Of a DNA stretch of 10,723 nucleotides, positions 7,714-10,723 are shown piece after piece. The position numbers were made by a program, and so were the translations under genes. The stretch covers positions 1 to 10,723 of the forward strand of contig JBMFHL010000026.1 of NCBI GenBank assembly GCA_049976845.1, read 5' to 3'. Position 1 is the first letter of the stretch. Every line of letters begins with the position of its first letter. The notes beneath the pieces were generated by a model that saw only the letters and a program-made list of their open reading frames with translations, made no database searches and was not told where the DNA came from. The DNA comes from Candidatus Micrarchaeia archaeon (lineage in GTDB: Archaea; Micrarchaeota; Micrarchaeia; Micrarchaeales; CABMGC01).

Positions 7714-9762
7714 CTATTTCAACAGCAATGACGCATAGCAAGAATCCATGAAGCTCTCATTGCCCTGTGCATACAGCACAGTGCCGTAGAATGAATATGA
7801 TGTTATGCTGCTGCTGTTGCTGTTTGACAGCATTACAACCGGTATGTTGTGCTGCGCATAGTAGTTCATGCAGGTGTCATATGTGCTTGTGGTATTTCCA
7901 ACAGCGCACGACGAGCCTTTTAACGATGCTATTATTGGAGTCTTGTGCATTGCTATTGCTGCCTTGCTCACTAGGCTTCCGCACTCGTACTGGCTTAATG
8001 TAGGCGTGCCGTTGAGCATAACTACAACGAAATTGGAGTGTGCAACAGCGTTGTCTATGGCGCTTATCGGGGCGAAGGAGCTTGCAGAAGCTGCAAATAT
8101 ATACGTCAAAAGAACGTACGCTATTATGAAGAGCCAGATTATTCCAAAGAAGATATGCCAGTTCTTCGAGGTGCGCCTGTTTATTACTATCCTTCTCTTT
8201 AGCTTCATTTGCAGGTACATGAAGAAGATTATGCCAAATAATATTATGCCTATGAGCAGGCTAAGCAATGAAGAGTATATGGGCGCGAGCATTATGTTTG
8301 ACTGGTAAGGCATTGGTATGAACCTAGAGAGGCTTCTTGCGAAAGATCCGTCGACTGCGCGCACGAATTCGTCGATGCTTATCGGCGCATAGTACATTGC
8401 GCTTATCTTAGAGCTGATGAGGTGCAAAGATTCGTTTACTGAGGATGCATTTGGTATGTAGCTTTCTAATTCGCTGTTGATCTCGAACTGCGACATCGCC
8501 AACGGGGTTATCGCAGGAACTGCGTTCCTGCTGTTTAATTGATCCTTGAGAAGCATTGCGGTATTGTTCCTTGCTAGAAGAAGCAGCGACGAGTATGTGG
8601 CGTTGATTTTATAGTATACTTTGGAAAGGTTCTGCATGTAGTTGATTAAGGTAGTGTTTTCCTTCGTCAAGTTCAATGACAGGAAGTTGTTCTCTGTGTA
8701 ATTTATCTGATTTTGAAGCTTTGCCAGTATGCTCTGCGCTGTAGAATTGCTTATGTGGCTTAGCACCAGCTCGGTAGAATTAACAAGCGTTGAATAATTG
8801 GCGAGCGTCACATGCGTTATTGAATCGAGCTGCGCTATCTTCCTTGCATAGAATATAGGCTCTATGTATTTGCTCTCTGTATTGCTCGCATTATAGGCGA
8901 GCATGTATATCTGCGATTCGAGGAAAGGCCTGCTGTTTATCTGCGCCATTACGCTTGACAATTTATTGAGCATTGAGTAATTATAAGTCAATGCTGAGCA
9001 GTAGCCGAATGAATTGCAGTACCAAGGCGCTGTGCTTGGATTACTATAGAAATTGCACTGCAGCTTCTGGCTGTTTGTTATGTTTGAAGACGGAGGAAAT
9101 AGAGGGTTCTTGTAGATTGATGTTGTTATGTTTGAGATATTCCTGAAAGCGGAATCAGCTATTGAGAGCTTGTACGCCGCATTCGATGCGTTCAGGCTTT
9201 CTATGCTTGAATAGAATTGCGAAAGGCTTGAATTCAATGTATTATATTGCTGCTCAAGGCTCGCTACTGCCTGGCCAAATGGGCCAGTATAGCCGTCTGT
9301 TTTGTATAGCAGTATATTGCAGCTTGGCACCGTTTGGCAAGAGTAACAGCTATTGCTCAGGGTGCAGGTGTATTGGTTTAAGCCGGTCTCAAAGAGGCAT
9401 TCATTCATCGAGGAAGCTGTTGAATTTATATAAGAGCTCATGTAGCTTATCAGCTGCGGCTTGCTTATAGTCATATAACTATTTGCAATTGTCTCGTTCC
9501 TTATAATTATATATATCTGCGTTGCATTCATCACGAAAGAATCGCTTGTATCGTTCACAAGGAAATAGAGCGCATTGCTGCTGTATAATGCTGTGTAGTT
9601 GTTTCCGCTATAATAGATGTTGATTGGAGACAGCATATTTTGTATGGAGCTTGGCACATTGTAACTTGAAAGCAGGGAGTAGACGTTTGCCATCGATGCA
9701 CTCGATACTCCCATTATTGACAATACTCCGATCAAGATAAAGATATAGTTTAGGCTTCTCAT
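7714..9762 (-). CDS. Hypothetical large membrane glycoprotein: signal peptide, Cys-rich/helical ectodomain, 2 TM, C-terminal four-Cys domain
   Basis: Likely start is the ATG at 9762 (MRSLNYIFILIGVLSIMGVSSA, a Sec signal peptide) rather than the TTG at 9795, which abuts the TATA box. Has 8+4 Cys, about 27 sequons, and two TM helices flanking the basic loop KLKRRIVINRRTSK. Confidence 0.85.
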   Translation of the reverse strand: MRSLNYIFILIGVLSIMGVSSASMANVYSLLSSYNVPSSIQNMLSPINIYYSGNNYTALYSSNALYFLVNDTSDSFVMNATQIYIIIRNETIANSYMTISKPQLISYMSSYINSTASSMNECLFETGLNQYTCTLSNSCYSCQTVPSCNILLYKTDGYTGPFGQAVASLEQQYNTLNSSLSQFYSSIESLNASNAAYKLSIADSAFRNISNITTSIYKNPLFPPSSNITNSQKLQCNFYSNPSTAPWYCNSFGYCSALTYNYSMLNKLSSVMAQINSRPFLESQIYMLAYNASNTESKYIEPIFYARKIAQLDSITHVTLANYSTLVNSTELVLSHISNSTAQSILAKLQNQINYTENNFLSLNLTKENTTLINYMQNLSKVYYKINATYSSLLLLARNNTAMLLKDQLNSRNAVPAITPLAMSQFEINSELESYIPNASSVNESLHLISSKISAMYYAPISIDEFVRAVDGSFARSLSRFIPMPYQSNIMLAPIYSSLLSLLIGIILFGIIFFMYLQMKLKRRIVINRRTSKNWHIFFGIIWLFIIAYVLLTYIFAASASSFAPISAIDNAVAHSNFVVVMLNGTPTLSQYECGSLVSKAAIAMHKTPIIASLKGSSCAVGNTTSTYDTCMNYYAQHNIPVVMLSNSNSSSITSYSFYGTVLYAQGNESFMDSCYASLLLK

Positions 9763-9793
9763 GCAATCCACTGGTCTAGATATATTCACAATC

Positions 9794-9815
9794 AAAGATT
9801 TAAAAAGATTTGTCT
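9794..9815 (-). promoter_or_regulatory. Putative BRE/TATA promoter for the 9762 gene, possibly bidirectional
   Basis: Minus strand GACAAATC-TTTTTAAA, with the TATA box at 9806-9799, 36 nt before the ATG. Plus strand reads CAAAGA-TTTAAAAA. Confidence 0.5.
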
Positions 9816-9964
9816 AAAAGTAGTGAAATTAGCGATAATGCCTTAAGCATCGCATTATTGGTTTATGCAAACAATGCGGCAAAATAAATATTATTGCCTG
9901 AGCGAATGAAGTGCATGAAATGGCACAAGCGTATCTGTTCTATAATCATTCTTTAGAGGGGTAT

Positions 9965-10108
9965 ATGATGCAAAAGAGCAGTAGTAAAAATAATATATTG
10001 CAGGAAGCAGGAAGTGTTATTGCCCCTTTCCTTGTTGCTCTTCACAATTATATGATTCAATGGAGCATTGGCTCAGCTAAAGGGTTAAAAAATATAAAAA
10101 AGAGTTGA
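9965..10108 (+). CDS. Possible small protein (47 aa) or gene remnant
   Basis: GAGGGG at 9956-9961 precedes ATGATG at 9965, and the stop lies next to the 10110 hairpin. No recognisable motif. Confidence 0.2.
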   Translation: MMQKSSSKNNILQEAGSVIAPFLVALHNYMIQWSIGSAKGLKNIKKS

Positions 10109-10123
10109 AGGGCCAAAAGGCCC
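10087..10123 (-). terminator. Hairpin plus oligo-T terminator downstream of the S-layer-like gene
   Basis: GGGCC-TTTT-GGCCC (10123-10110), followed on the minus strand by TTCAACTC-TTTTTT-ATA-TTTTTT. Confidence 0.7.
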
Positions 10124-10153
10124 AAACAATCATTTGCAGTTTGTCTGCTGAGT

Positions 10154-10723
10154 TTATTGCCCTGCCGCTGTCAGCAAGTCCTGTATGAACTCGTTGCCTG
10201 CAGTTATTGTGTCGTTTGCTGTGTATCCTGCTACCAGTATGCGGTTCGTGCCGAATGCCTGCACTATCACTGTTCCTGGTGCGAATGATGTGCTGAGGCT
10301 TGGGTTCTGCGCGAAGATCTGTGCAGCTACTGAGTTGACGTACTTGCTTCCTATTACTATCAATGTAGATGCGTTGTTTGCCTGCGAGTCAAGCACTGCG
10401 AGTGGTGTTGCCACTGTGTTGAGCTTCACTGGCGTTATTGCTTGGGTTGCGCTTGGTGTTGCTGTCAAGTTGCTTAGGCCTGTTACGCTGCAAGATGTTG
10501 TGCTGAATGAGCAGGTTGCGCTCACGTTTGCTATTGTTACGTTTGGCAATGCACTTGCACCTATGCCGAATGGCCCGATTGTGTGGTATTGAGAGCTTAC
10601 TGTTGTTGTTGCAGGACCTACTATGAACTGCAGCATGTCTACGCTCTTTGCCATGTCGTATGTTATTTGCGTTGGTGTTATTGATGCGATTTCGCTTCCG
10701 CGCTCAGTCCTGAAATTAGGTAC
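10154..10723 (-). CDS. S-layer protein-like, C-terminal part (5'-truncated by the window edge)
   Basis: Frame stays open to the window end (VPNFRTERGSEIASITPTQITYD-MAKS...), so ATG 10654 is internal. Thr/Ala/Ser-rich. C-terminus VLDS..TLIVIGSKYVN...ILVAGYTANDT..A resembles the archaeal S-layer C-terminal domain (LILVGGP.AN...LVAG...T). Strong GCA/ACA/AAC codon bias and a strong terminator suggest high expression. Confidence 0.75.
   Translation of the reverse strand, partial: VPNFRTERGSEIASITPTQITYDMAKSVDMLQFIVGPATTTVSSQYHTIGPFGIGASALPNVTIANVSATCSFSTTSCSVTGLSNLTATPSATQAITPVKLNTVATPLAVLDSQANNASTLIVIGSKYVNSVAAQIFAQNPSLSTSFAPGTVIVQAFGTNRILVAGYTANDTITAGNEFIQDLLTAAGQ

Noticed and set aside
7806..7830. 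TGC/TGT microsatellite-like run
   Set aside because: It encodes the low-complexity SNSNSSS segment on the minus strand. The poly-Cys ORF on + (7767-8003) is its shadow.
9763..9795. TTG start at 9795 for the large membrane protein
   Set aside because: It lies 3 nt from the TATA box, and ATG 9762 gives a clean signal peptide.
9945..10042. Minus-strand stretch RKGAITLPASCNILFLLLLFCIIY resembling a class III (pilin) signal peptide
   Set aside because: It has no start codon, is bounded by stops and has no downstream domain.
246..10592. Many short ORFs antisense to or overlapping the main genes (e.g. 4195-4656, 7868-8308, 10185-10592, 7049-7399)
   Set aside because: They are shadows of motif-bearing genes, with no motifs or convincing initiation signals of their own.
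1..10723. CRISPR array, IS element, prophage or defence island
   Set aside because: I saw no spaced repeats, terminal inverted repeats, transposase, integrase or defence-gene motifs.

Overview
Archaeal chromosomal segment with no mobile element, CRISPR array or integrase. The gene set suggests a DPANN lineage, plausibly Micrarchaeota (inference only): aRF1, Sec11-type peptidase, archaeal-type tRNA, GGTG/GGAG SD sites, TATA boxes and Asn/Ser/Tyr-rich exported proteins. Left half: 3' end of smc, an atypical signal peptidase I with a ~125-aa insertion, a metallophosphoesterase, tRNA-Leu(TAG) divergent from serS, and aRF1. Right half is a cell-envelope cluster: a DUF2079/GT-C-like membrane protein converges on three minus-strand genes. 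These are the 3' end of an S-layer-like protein, a ~680-aa Cys-rich membrane glycoprotein, and a 196-aa single-TM protein. The last two end in the same four-cysteine domain, which I do not recognise. The best candidate for an undescribed system is this trio, possibly an S-layer anchoring or surface-attachment module. All assignments come from manual motif reading; no searches were run.
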